DNA from: Lingula anatina
Lineage: Eukaryota > Animalia > Brachiopoda
Assembly (NCBI GenBank): GCA_051362555.1
Contig: CM120649.1
Coordinates: forward strand, 16,382,567 to 16,446,566
DNA length: 64,000 nt
Direction of reading: 5' to 3'
Positions 24,324-35,800 of this stretch are shown one piece after another (the first letter of the stretch is position 1; the number at the start of each line of letters is the position of its first letter). The notes under the pieces were generated by a model. The model had not been told where the DNA came from, searched no databases, and saw only the letters and a program-made list of their open reading frames with translations. The translations under genes were made by a program, and so were the position numbers.

Positions 24324-27124
24324 GACGCATTCAATGAAAAACGTTTATGAGACTTACATAATGTTAAAAAGATTTGGCGATAAGCAACTTGGCATTAACA
24401 ATAAAAAAGATCAAAACCTTATATATACATGCACTTACTCCTGTTTGTGTAATTTTAACAGCATCGGTTGACAGAATATGAACAAAATACTGTACGCCTC
24501 ACACAACCGTTGTCAGCACTTACCATTTCTATCGTACGGCTTTAGAGTTGCATGAAATCCTTGAGATTCGACCGTGCCAAGCCGATTTAGATCTAACAGC
24601 AGCTCTGTATTTGTGAGTATCTGGCGGTTCAAAAACCCCGTAGAACAGGTATAAACGATGTTGCCCACAACAGTACTCCATGCCTTAACGAAAAGAAACG
24701 ACGTGGTCATGGGTTAATTTTTATTATTCTATAAATTCACTTTTAACTGTGTTACAAATGATTTTGTAGACCGTTAACTTATTTAATATACATGTACAAT
24801 ATTCTACAGCTCTCCCTGCCTTTTTAAGCTGCACAGATGCCACTTATTATATTCACAATCGCTGCTTTTATTGATGTTTACATTAAGGTACAGTATATTT
24901 ATTAGACATTTTAACTGTTTGATCAAGATGATTACTCCAACCAGTGCATTGTATTGTACGATGGACTGCAATTTTAGTAAAGAAAACTTCAGGGCACGAC
25001 CATTAAAAATATCAACTTGGTCAAAGAGCCCAACCGACCCTTATTTTAAGGAAATCAGATTTTCTTCTTACCGTTTTTTTTTTTTTTTTTCAAAACACGG
25101 GAAAATGTATGGGACATTTGTTTGGTATGTGGGAAAAGTTTACAATTGACGTCCGGAATGTTTTTTTCGTGCAGAAAATTCCCCCACGTATATAGAGGAC
25201 TTCACATTTCCTCCCTTTAAAATTCAAGTTTAACCCCAAACTTCAGCCAGCTGTTATGCCAGTTTATCATCATATAGCACAAAAAAATTCTCCCAACGAC
25301 CTTGTTTAAAAGAACCTGTGGTTGTTAACTAACTTATCGATGTTATTTTATTAAAGCGGTTATTGCCAGAGGTGCATTAAGGCACCAGGAAGAAAATACA
25401 AAACTTGGTGCGTTTAATCTTATCAACATTAGAGAAATTGTAGTTAACATTACCTTAACGTAGTCTCTACAGCAAGCATAACCCTCACACGAGTAATACT
25501 GGTCTACGGAGAAAACATTGAATACCAACAGCAATGCTTCGTCGTTTTCCGGCAGAATGCGGTACAACGTACATAAAAGATTAACAGGATCGTAAAACGA
25601 CGGATATCCCGGTGACGTCAGGTTCTCCCCTGCGGAAGTGACGTTAATAGTAGTGGGGCAGGTAGGGCCTGAAATGAAAATTATTACGACACGTGATGAC
25701 GTCATGCTGCAGAAGTGACATTTATAGAAGGAAAGCTAGCAAAGCTTGAAGTGATATGTACCGTAGGGGAATATTAAAAGACAATAAAAGCGAGGCAAGC
25801 AGGGCCTATAACATTTAAAGTCATTCCTTCCATAGTTAATAAAAGTACGTCAAATTGAAAAAAAAAACATGCAAGTGTCATTTAATCCAGGCTGTAAAAT
25901 TTCCAAAAATATGCACCCTTTGCAAAATGAAAAGCAACGAGTTTGCAGGAACTGCAAAAAATAATTTACTGCTGCACATTTGCAGCCATATTGCCGTAAA
26001 TTCGCTGCAAATTTACAAGAAGGAATTGCATTTTGCAGCAATGGTACAGCAAATGTGCTGCAAATTTGTTCGAATTTGCAGCAGGACTGATCTTTTGCTA
26101 AGGGATATGTCTCCAGTTCCTTCATAAGCTGGTTTTGCATTCGCTATAAGCGTTTGAATTCTTGAGGACACTCATAAAAAGGGGAATCGTGATAGTCCTA
26201 TCTACTATAGAATTCCCCATGACGCAATGTTTCTGAAATATGTATAATTTAGAAGGTTTGTTTCCATGTTTGTTTGTCCGGATGTTAGACGGGTGGATGT
26301 GACTGTGGTCCAGTTGTCTCTGGACAGCAGAACGACTAGATATGGCCTCACTGATTTACTCTGTCAATTCGTATGAGCAGGGAAAGGAGCACACGCAGTG
26401 AATCAATTGAACGCCTGGGCTCCGTATCTCGAAAGGTTCGCTATGTTGCGCACGTGCGCAAGTGTCTCGATTCCAAAGCCCCGTATCTCGAAATAGAATC
26501 GGTTATGGAATCGAGACACTTGCACACTCGCGCAACATAGCGAACCTTTCGAGATTCAGAGCCCTGGACAGCCATTTCGAAAGTCAGCTTAAAACTAAAT
26601 ATTTATCACGTACGATAGAAAGCGATGAAGAAGAAGAAGACATAAAGGATGAAAAAATGTCACGTAATGTCTTAGAATGAAAAAAAAGGATCGACGAAAG
26701 CGGGATTTTACCGCAGTGAATCAATTGAGCGCACGGGAGCCACTTCGAAAGACGGCGTAAAACTGAATACTTATCACGGACCATAGAAAGCGATGAAGAA
26801 GAAGAAGACGGAAACGATGAAAAAAATACATCACGTAATGGCGTCGAATGGAGAAAGGAATATCGACGAAATCGGAATTTTACCTGGAACTCTGCAAAGA
26901 GGTCTTGTGTTTGAATCGTCACAACTTTTGGACTCCCACAAACAATAACCGCCCGACCTACAGTCGAGTCTTGCACACAGGGTGCTGCCAGAACCTGGTT
27001 GTCCGGACTTCCAGCCAGAGTACTGTACAGGCTCTGTCACCGGCTCTGTCCACTCCCAGTCTCCATTGCCGTTTATGTCCGTCGCTGATATCCAGAATCT
27101 GTCGTATACCCCTTCGCTGTAAAA

Positions 27125-27195
<71 letters not shown>

Positions 27196-29519
27196 GGCAG
27201 GTTGTATGAGTTTTTATACGAGTGTCCACGTCCTACCTGAAATATTTTCAGTTTACATAGTCATCACACACTAAGTGAAAGAAGAACGGATTGATCATTG
27301 GAACAGTCAATGATCCTCCCTACATCATTATGATTAACAATTCGGACTTGTAAAACAGAATTTAAAGACACCAAAGTAGACATCGCCATATCCGAAATCA
27401 CTAACATTTCTCCTGATTGTGCTTTCGTATCTTTAGATGTCACTCAATTTCGCAATATTACGAATGTAATGATACATTATTTCCTTTGTGGAAGATCTTG
27501 TGGTGAAATATCTTTCTCTCATCCGCGCCGTTTATATACAATAATAATTTCGATCATAGAGATATAAGTAAAGTGAATTAGGCCACACTTTTTATTTTTA
27601 TGGATGACATCCTGCGCGTGCACCGATTTTCGCCTGTTCTCCGAAAAAAAAACTCACCCCAACGAAGTTAATTGTCGCAAACGTCCTTATTGCGCATGTG
27701 TATTATCGCCACGTGGAAAGCGGCTTTGCTGTCAAATTCATCTCTAGGATTACCGTCAAATCACACGACAATTAAAGTCATAAAGAGGACGGAGGCCGTC
27801 GTTTGGATTGATATGCCATTGATATTGGGCATGGAGATATCACCTTTCTTTAATTATACGAAAGGCTGGCGGCGGCCGGCGATTATCGCCCGGAAAATTT
27901 CAGTGACATTCTGTCCAAAGCAGCACATAACAGGTTTTTTGTAGCGAAAACAGGGTCGACAAGAGCGTCGAGGTATTTGGTGGGCAGAAGGTCGGACAGG
28001 CCACCCGACTGTTTGGCTGCTTCGTGCGAGTCAAAGTAGACAAAACGGCATCGACCGAAATGACCTTTAATAGATTCGGTAGTATTTTAATATATTAAAT
28101 ATATTAAAAAGCATATCTTTGCATGATTTTTTAACATTTGTGTGAAGTGTGCATAATGCTTTAATATTGTGAGAGCACAAATAAAGATACACTGTTTGTT
28201 TAATATTTGTTTTATTGATTGGTATACCAACAAAATGCATAAAATAACCTTAAAAAGATTTGGTAATATGCAGCATATCTATTCATGACTTTTTTACCTT
28301 TCTACGAAGTATTGACAGTGCTTAAATATTTTGAGAGCATGGATAAAGACATAGTGATAGTTTGATACGTGTTTCTGTGGTAAATGTACGTTTCCAGCAG
28401 TGTACTGATGGCATTCCTTTACTGATTTAGCAGTATTTTTTTTTTTTTTTTTTTTTTTGGGACTGTCTGAGCTTGTCTTCAGACCACGTGACCTCCATTG
28501 ATGGCTATAATCTGTTCTAATCTCTTAAGAGATTTTAACAAAAAAAACAAACTTTTTAGAAAAAAACCAGTGACTAACTTTGAATGTAAAAATGGATTCA
28601 TTTACCATTGCTCAGTATGGGAAAATTGTTGTTTACTCCAGGAAAATTAATTTTTTTTGGCCAAAACGAAGAGTTATTATCCCTTTAAGGCCTTGCTACT
28701 TGTCATTCGCAAAATGGATCAATGTCAAGGTCAAAGAGGGATATCAAACTCGTGGTTCTAACAATAACATGACATCTAATTGGGGTTGCAACGTACTTCC
28801 GGTATGAAAACTTTCACCCTGTTTTGTGCATTACTGCTTTCCTTCTCAATGTAATCGTTTACGTTGGATACATCCAAATCACAATTACAACTACCTGTAT
28901 CGAGTATTGAGTGAGTTTCGGAATATATTAATACCGTACAAATATATACCTGCTCTTGGGTCAGAATTCCTTATTTTTGATTGCAAATGGTGAATCAAGT
29001 GAGGTGACCAACACTGTAAACCTCCCTTCTTTGATTACCTTACCTTATTAAATAACTGTAAAGCCTGGATCGTTCCGATGTAGACTCTATTCTGCTCAGA
29101 TACCAAGTACCAGCAGGGGGAAGTGACGAACAATATGTCTTACTCTCAGCCACTGTTCTCGGCGTAGTACCTGCGTGGTAGACGTACGTGCTTCCTTGGA
29201 GACAAAAGGCCGCCAATGTGTTGTTGCATGCTACACCTCTGGCATAATCTAAAATAGGTGATGAGGACTCATCCAATGTTTTCTGCTAGATTTTCAAGCC
29301 AAATCTGTTTCATGATATCTAGACACAAAAAATAAGTTTGGGACATTTCCAAAGTATATTTCTTTAATCAATATTGTTATACAAAATGACAAAGATCGCT
29401 GTATTTTGACATAAAAAATCCCCTACATTGCTTTCAAATGTATAATATGTGTACTTACAGACATGAAAAAATAACAACATTCCTAACAGCATCAGTTGGA
29501 GAGTTTTTATCGGTTTCAT
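20410..29519 (-). CDS. Gene A3: type I membrane protein, C-type lectin, 2x CUB, mucin stalk, 2x sushi, TM (about 1045 aa)
   Basis: Exons 29459-29519, 29044-29248, 26884-27116 (CTL), 25454-25668, 24524-24683 (CUB1), 23661-23845, 23208-23358 (CUB2), 21405-22904 (mucin + sushi), 20889-21071 (sushi), 20410-20654 (TM + tail). Total 3138 nt, in frame. Close paralog of A2. Confidence 0.88.
21676..21890 (-). repeat. 24-nt coding tandem repeat, about 9 copies, in the A3 mucin
   Basis: Same unit as in A2. Confidence 0.92.
24217..24321. repeat. (ATG)n/(ATT)n microsatellite
   Basis: Direct reading. Confidence 0.9.
25916..26104. mobile_element. Small TIR element with CCCTT(T/A)GCAAAA termini and internal TTGCAGC repeats
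   Basis: ccctttgcaaaa ... ttttgctaaggg. Confidence 0.5.
26415..26566. mobile_element. Palindromic MITE with about 60-bp TIRs; related fragment at about 59385-59531
   Basis: ctgggctccgtatctcgaaaggttcgctatgttgcg...tcgattcca versus tggaatcgagacac...ctttcgagattcagagccctg. An element-free copy of the flanks is at about 26711-26750. Confidence 0.8.
27127..27192. repeat. (AT)n microsatellite next to the A3 exon-3 acceptor
   Basis: About 33 AT units, 10 nt from the acceptor at 27117. Confidence 0.95.
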
Positions 29520-31148
29520 TCTGTACAAGTGAAACAATGGTGACTTGTTCAAAAGGTACTCCTTTGTATTATACGCTCTTACGCTATGTGCGATAAATCT
29601 AAAACCTGGCGTGTCGAAAACCTTGATTTTTATCAATGTTTGACAGCGTGCCAAAATACATGGCCTTCTCTGTAGCCCATGTCTAGAAATAATGCATTAC
29701 CAGGGAAAGATTCAAAATATTTTCTTACGTGATTGCCTAGTAAATAATAGATCTAACGGTGTATCTATTTAATTTACACAGGTGGAAATTTTCCACGTTG
29801 CATTGTATTTTCCTTTAGTCCCAACAATCATGACGCTTGATTGTCGCTTACATCGCAATATATAAAGACATGGAATTGACACTGTTGCGAATAGAAAATA
29901 TGGCAGCTGTGCTGCCTTCTTTATCAATTCAATCCTTGAATACGAGACGTTTTGTTATGTAAACAGAGAGAGTAAAGACTGATGCTTATCTTTTTTCCAA
30001 TAACAACAACAAGCGCTTATCAAATACTAACGATAGATACACTACCCGTTCCTTTCACAAATATTATCACGTCCGACTGTGTTTACAGACCGGAAGGCTA
30101 GTCAATTCTGATGTTATCTTATAACTGACAAATATTGGACAAACAAATCACAGGACCGATTGCGCAAAGAAACTTAAGTTCGGAAATTTGTCTTAACTTT
30201 TAGACGAATATCCGTTCTACGTCAATTAAAGATAAAATTAAATGCTGCCATCTACAAACATAATACCAAAATATTGCCAAATATGACGAAGGCAGGAACC
30301 AGTTACTAAAATATTGTTTTACCTCTGTTGAAAAAAGTACATGGTATCAGTATACAAGGCATGTTTCCATACTAATCCACCAACAAAGTTTTATCAAAGT
30401 TCGTCCAAACATTATGTTTGCATGGTGCTTGCCTGTTTAATTCACGGTACATGTGCCGGTACATGTGTTTGGGCGTGCATAAACCGAGATAAATGAAGGA
30501 ACATGTATCAGCGATGACATCTTCTTAAATCAGTACATGTGCAGAAGGGTGATTTTCGGACTCGTTTTCCTCGTTTTTTTTTTTTTTTTCCTCATTGGGG
30601 GTTAACAGAAGTAAAGATGATAAACCATTAAAACTAGACACCAAGTATGACACATGTAGTCCTCCGGCGTTAAAGATAAACTTGAAAAAAAATGATTTAA
30701 CGACATCTACACAGGCTAGGAAGAACACAAGAGTTTCGAAAATTTTCGAAGAAATCAGCAATTTTACCTCACCATCATACCGGCTTGTCTTAAAGAAAAT
30801 TATTCCTATTAGTCACAATCTCATGTTGCTTTCTGCCAATCCATTTATACACATAACTATATTGGCCATTTAACACTGATATATCTCTATAAAAAAATCA
30901 AGTTTAAAGCATAAACTGGTAAATTGTATACCGTTTCATAGTGACGACGACAACGATTTGGAACATAATTCAAACATTTATTCACATACTTCTGTTCATA
31001 CACACATGATGGGAACCATCCTCTATTTCTTGTTTACTTATTTTCTTTACACCATCTTTTACTTGATCATAAGAATATTTCGTTCTAATTTGTCAATCAT
31101 CAACATGTATTCCATATTTCGTTATTAGGCAATCTCTGTGAACCTTGT

Positions 31149-31149
<1 letters not shown>

Positions 31150-31199
<50 letters not shown>

Positions 31200-31473
31200 G
31201 TATAAGAGATTAATAAAAGATAAAACAAATTGACATTGACATTTCCACTAACGATTAAAATATGTCAATCAACTGTTTTCAGTAGTATAATAATATTAAT
31301 AATTATAACAATAATAATAATAGCAATGTTATTATTATTATTATTATTATTATTGCAACCTTAATCTTGATATCACATACACTATAAGAGAATGATAAAA
31401 GTACATAAAACAAAATGACATTTCCAGTAACGATATTAATATTCAGCCAATCAGCCTATTTCAAGTAGTTACT

Positions 31474-31524
<51 letters not shown>

Positions 31525-31545
31525 GCGTTATTATTATTATTATTG
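31150..31545. repeat. (AAT)n/(ATT)n microsatellites within a roughly 180-200-bp local tandem duplication (B1 3' region)
   Basis: attattgcaaccttaatctt..tcacatac.ctataagagaatgataaaa repeated at about 31350 and 31540. Confidence 0.75.
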
Positions 31546-32544
31546 CAACCTTAATCTTTATTTCACATACCCTATAAGAGAATGATAAAAAATAGATTAA
31601 ACAAATGATGACATTTTCCACTATTGATTAAAATAGTAAATCAATCAACCACTGCACCAGTAATCTAAAACAATACAAATAATTTTGATATTGCGAGTTT
31701 CCACACAGGCTGTGATGCAAGCTCTTCAGTAAACAAAAGAAGGCAACATCTAGTCATCTAGCAGGAAAAGGCATACTATAGCCTCAAGTATAGAGTTGTC
31801 TTCATTTCTATATAATTCGCCAAAAACAATGGTGACATACAGCTATAAGAACCATCTAACACAAAAACAGAAAAAAAAAACAAATTATATGCCAATTTAG
31901 TTGTGTAAGTGCACTAAGTCACGTGACCATATGGTCACAGGTCGCGGTTATATGAACACTGTTCAATCATGAGGTGGAGTATGCACAGTATATAGATTAG
32001 CAATTTCAACGGAGGGGCAGTTTACATACCGGCCACTCCAATTTGGTACTCCAAATGGCATAAGATATTTGTACAAAAGAAAGAAAGGCAACAACAGTAT
32101 CAACGAAAAATTGTGACAAAACATGCTGTCTACGGATCTTATTCGTCAATAAAGGACATTTTATGCATAACGTTGTTTACAAGTTTGGAACATGAATCAA
32201 AATGTTTGTAAGCACTAGCACTCCATGCTAATCTTTAAAAACTTGTCACATTTTCGTATCTTACTATAATTTTCACGAAATTTTGATATTTTCATATTTC
32301 CGTATGTCTTGATAAACTTTATAAAGTCATCTGCTTTTCGTAAGTGTGTCAAATATTTGTTTGGGCATCTTTCGATAATCTTCATAAAACTATCAATTTT
32401 TTGTCATCGTCTGATGATTGTCTTTATAAACTCATCACTTTTTCCTACCTTAAGATAACCTTCATGAAATTTTTATCTTTAAGTAAGCATAGGTAGCATC
32501 AAATTTAGCCTGGTGTAGCTTTGATGTGGCAGCATCACCTCATA

Positions 32545-32850
32545 GAGGCCATTCAGAATAGATGACTACTAGAATAGATGAACAGATGATCCGAGTACTA
32601 ACTGATCCGCCGACTAAATATGGCCAACCCACTTCAAAATCTATGCCGCTGATTCCCGATGGTCTCCCATCTCCAAACGCGCCATTAGACGGATTAAATA
32701 TTGGCTCGGAGGTTTAATTGCTAGGCCCCTGCAGCAACGGTGCCTGTGGGGGAGGGGAGAACATCATGGAATTAGCGGCATCGCTTTTGAAGTGGCGTCG
32801 GCGATATTTAGTCGGCGGATCAGTTGGCATTTTCTATTCTGAATGGCCCC
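32545..32850. mobile_element. MITE with long TIRs and TA flanks in the B1 3' UTR
   Basis: TA|gaggccattcagaatag..aactgatccgccgactaaatat ... atatttagtcggcggatcagtt..ctattctgaatggcccc|TA. Absent at the homologous B2 site (about 44240). Confidence 0.8.
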
Positions 32851-32886
32851 TACGACAATGCTAGTATTCGCATTATTTGAAGCCCC

Positions 32887-35800
32887 TCAAGGCAGGACGA
32901 CCTCCTCTGCAGAGACGAAGAAACTTGTCTGCCAGCCAGTGACTGCATCCACCGGAGACCCCCCGCATGAAGAGGTATGTATGCTGAGTACCAGGTTCCC
33001 TGCGGGAAGACCCGTACAAATACCGCTCACTGGAATAATAAGAATTACGTCGTGTGTACATTCAAAATGACAATAGATGGCAGTTAAGTGTATGCTGGCA
33101 TAATGCCAAAAGTAAGACAACTTCATTGAAAAAGATTCCAAATGTTATCGAAATCAATTTGATCACCACTAACCTTTAAACCACCAATTATAGAATAGAT
33201 AATAATAACTATGACAATAATGACAGGAAACGATCGAGTTTAACCCCTACTGAGGTTACGTCATACCTGTTATGGGGAACAGATGCCGCGTTGTTGTTTG
33301 GTAAGAATTGGTGTTGCGAACGCCGTGCACCACGTGTGTCGACACTGGGCACAGCTGTCGGTCAAACCGGAACTCCCACTTCGTGCAGACAGCTCTGGCT
33401 CTAGAAAAAATAGGAATATCACTTAGTTTTTGACTGCAGAGCAGGGACTAAAAGGAACGGCGTTTCCAACTGTGATATTTTGTTACGTTTTTGTGATAAA
33501 TGCATGCATTAAAGAAAAAATCGAATTATGTAGTCAATGCAAAGCAGACACACCAGGGACCACTGTATAGTATTTAGTATATCTGAGATGTACTCGTACC
33601 CAAGTTAGATCAATAGTACTTCATTCAAATAGAAAAACCGCGCCTGTTTTGTGTAAAAGGAAATATTAATACTAATGGACCACTCAATGATTGGTGACTA
33701 CACTTGTGCACGTCGGATTTGTCCTAAATTGAAGAACGCAAAATTATTTGACAAAATGGTGTGCAAGGAATGCATTTTCAGCCAGTCTAAGCGACAGTTC
33801 ACAATGAGTTTTAGTGCACACAAACTCCACGGGGACTCTCGCTGAATGCAGTCAGATCAACAGTCAACGCACATACACAGGTATGCCACCTCCTTGCGTC
33901 GTGTAGAATACAGACCAATGGTGATTTTAAAGTTTCAAACAAGAAGAGTACGTGCGCATTACCTAGGTCGATATTACTCATTGTGAGCGGTCCCTAAAAA
34001 GGTCATACTATACGTACTGACTGGTCATCACTGTAGCCGTCATACTGACCCTCAGGCCACTGGTGGAGGACATCTTGGGGTAGATCATGCTTGTTTCTTA
34101 TAACTGACTTTGGGAGATAACCGTCGTGTAGAATACAGACCAATGGTGATTTTAAAGTTTCAAACAAGAAGAGTAAGTGCGCATTACCTAGGTCGATATA
34201 ATTCATTGTTAACGGTCCCTAAGAGAGTCATACTATACGTACTGACTGGTCATCACTGTGGCTGTCATACTGACCCTCAGGCCACTGTCGAAGGACATCT
34301 TGGGGTAGATCATGCTCTGAAGTTGATATAAATACGTTCTATTGCCCCGACATTGCATGCGCATTTGACGTATTTGACTGAGTGTTTTAATCCTATGTAA
34401 ATTTGAATGGAAATGCATGAACAAAGACTGTATTATCATCCCTAAGAGAGAGAGAGAGGGAGAGAGAGAAGGAGTAAGTGAGAGAAATTTGATTAAAAAT
34501 GATGAAATGACGTACCTCGATTTCTGACAGCCCCGTGAAGTCTAGGTTGTACCAGTTCCAGTGACGAAGATTGAACACCTGTTGAGCAACCTGAGGTTGA
34601 TCTAAAGATAGAATAAAAACGTGCCTTTACACGTCCATTAATTTACAGTTTTTGATATCCAACAGTACATGTATCATGGTGTTTTAGGGAAAAGTATTGG
34701 AATCACCAAAAAAACTACCCAAATACATGTGTATTCAAAAAAAGGTACCTGCAAACTGTGGCTTCCCGAGCCTAACTTCCTCCACAACAATCCTGGAGAC
34801 ACCATTAACGCCAGGGTCCGGGTCCATTTGGCTGAGGTTGCCATATAGACAGTGTCCAGCATTCAAAGCAACTGCATAATCTCCTTGGCCTAGATTTTGG
34901 CAAATCCCTTCAACTTTAAAAGACAATGAACAGATCGATAATCATATGAGTTCTACTACGGTGGAAGGATTTTCACTAGTATTACTTGTTTCTGACTAAA
35001 ATTTTGCAATTTTTCTTTCTTTTAATCTTTCTTACATAGTGTTTTTACGTCCAGGTGTCCATCTTTTTCAATCAAACAAAATACCGGCATAATGACTACC
35101 TGCACCTATGATTATTGATTTACATACAAATAAAATGTTTAACGTAATGAAATATATAGACCGGAAAGATAAACACAAGATAAAGACTATTAAACGTCGC
35201 CTACTTGAATGAGTCGTCTGCGTTCGGATGATGGGATTTGTGAGCCATGCAATGGCTCCATCTATCGGAGTGGGAGCTTTACACTCTTCTCCATTAAAGG
35301 TAAAATAAAATCGAAGACATCCGGGTGCTGAACTTTGGGATATTGCACCTAAGGCCCCAAACCAACGTACTCGGAGAGATGTATCGGGAGCCAGTTTGGT
35401 GTAACTAAATACCTGGGAATATATAAATTCATGTCTGGATGTTAAAAATGATACATCTCTCTCTCTCTCTCTCTCTTTCTCAATAGACATGTATATGCAT
35501 GTGTTGCAAGTCAAGGTTTGCATATGTAATAGGTACTGTATAGTGAAACATTACCTAACTACATGTACAAGGTAAAAATGTTACTTTTAAATATATGTGA
35601 TATTCCCCACACTTTATAAGACGAAAGATTTGTAAGAAGAGAATGGGTTTTTGAATCAAACATTTTAAGAAAACGTTTGATACGCTAATGGCAAATCAAG
35701 ATCTCTATTTCCCTGATCAAAAAGGCTCAAAGATAGAGGCTTTACATATTGTATAATTCTGTTCACATATACATGTACCAAAGTTTCACATACCGAAGCG

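Noticed and set aside
26831-27240. ORFs with (YI)n; also the poly-M/poly-I ORF at 24178-24471
   Set aside because: Translations of microsatellites. Only 26884-27116 is a real exon.
27300-28850. Possible transposon in A3 intron 2
   Set aside because: The segment is absent from A2, but I could not identify convincing termini, a TSD or coding remnants.
11848-29519. Calling array A selectins or cubilin/tolloid
   Set aside because: No EGF or protease domains were seen. Only generic modules are shared.
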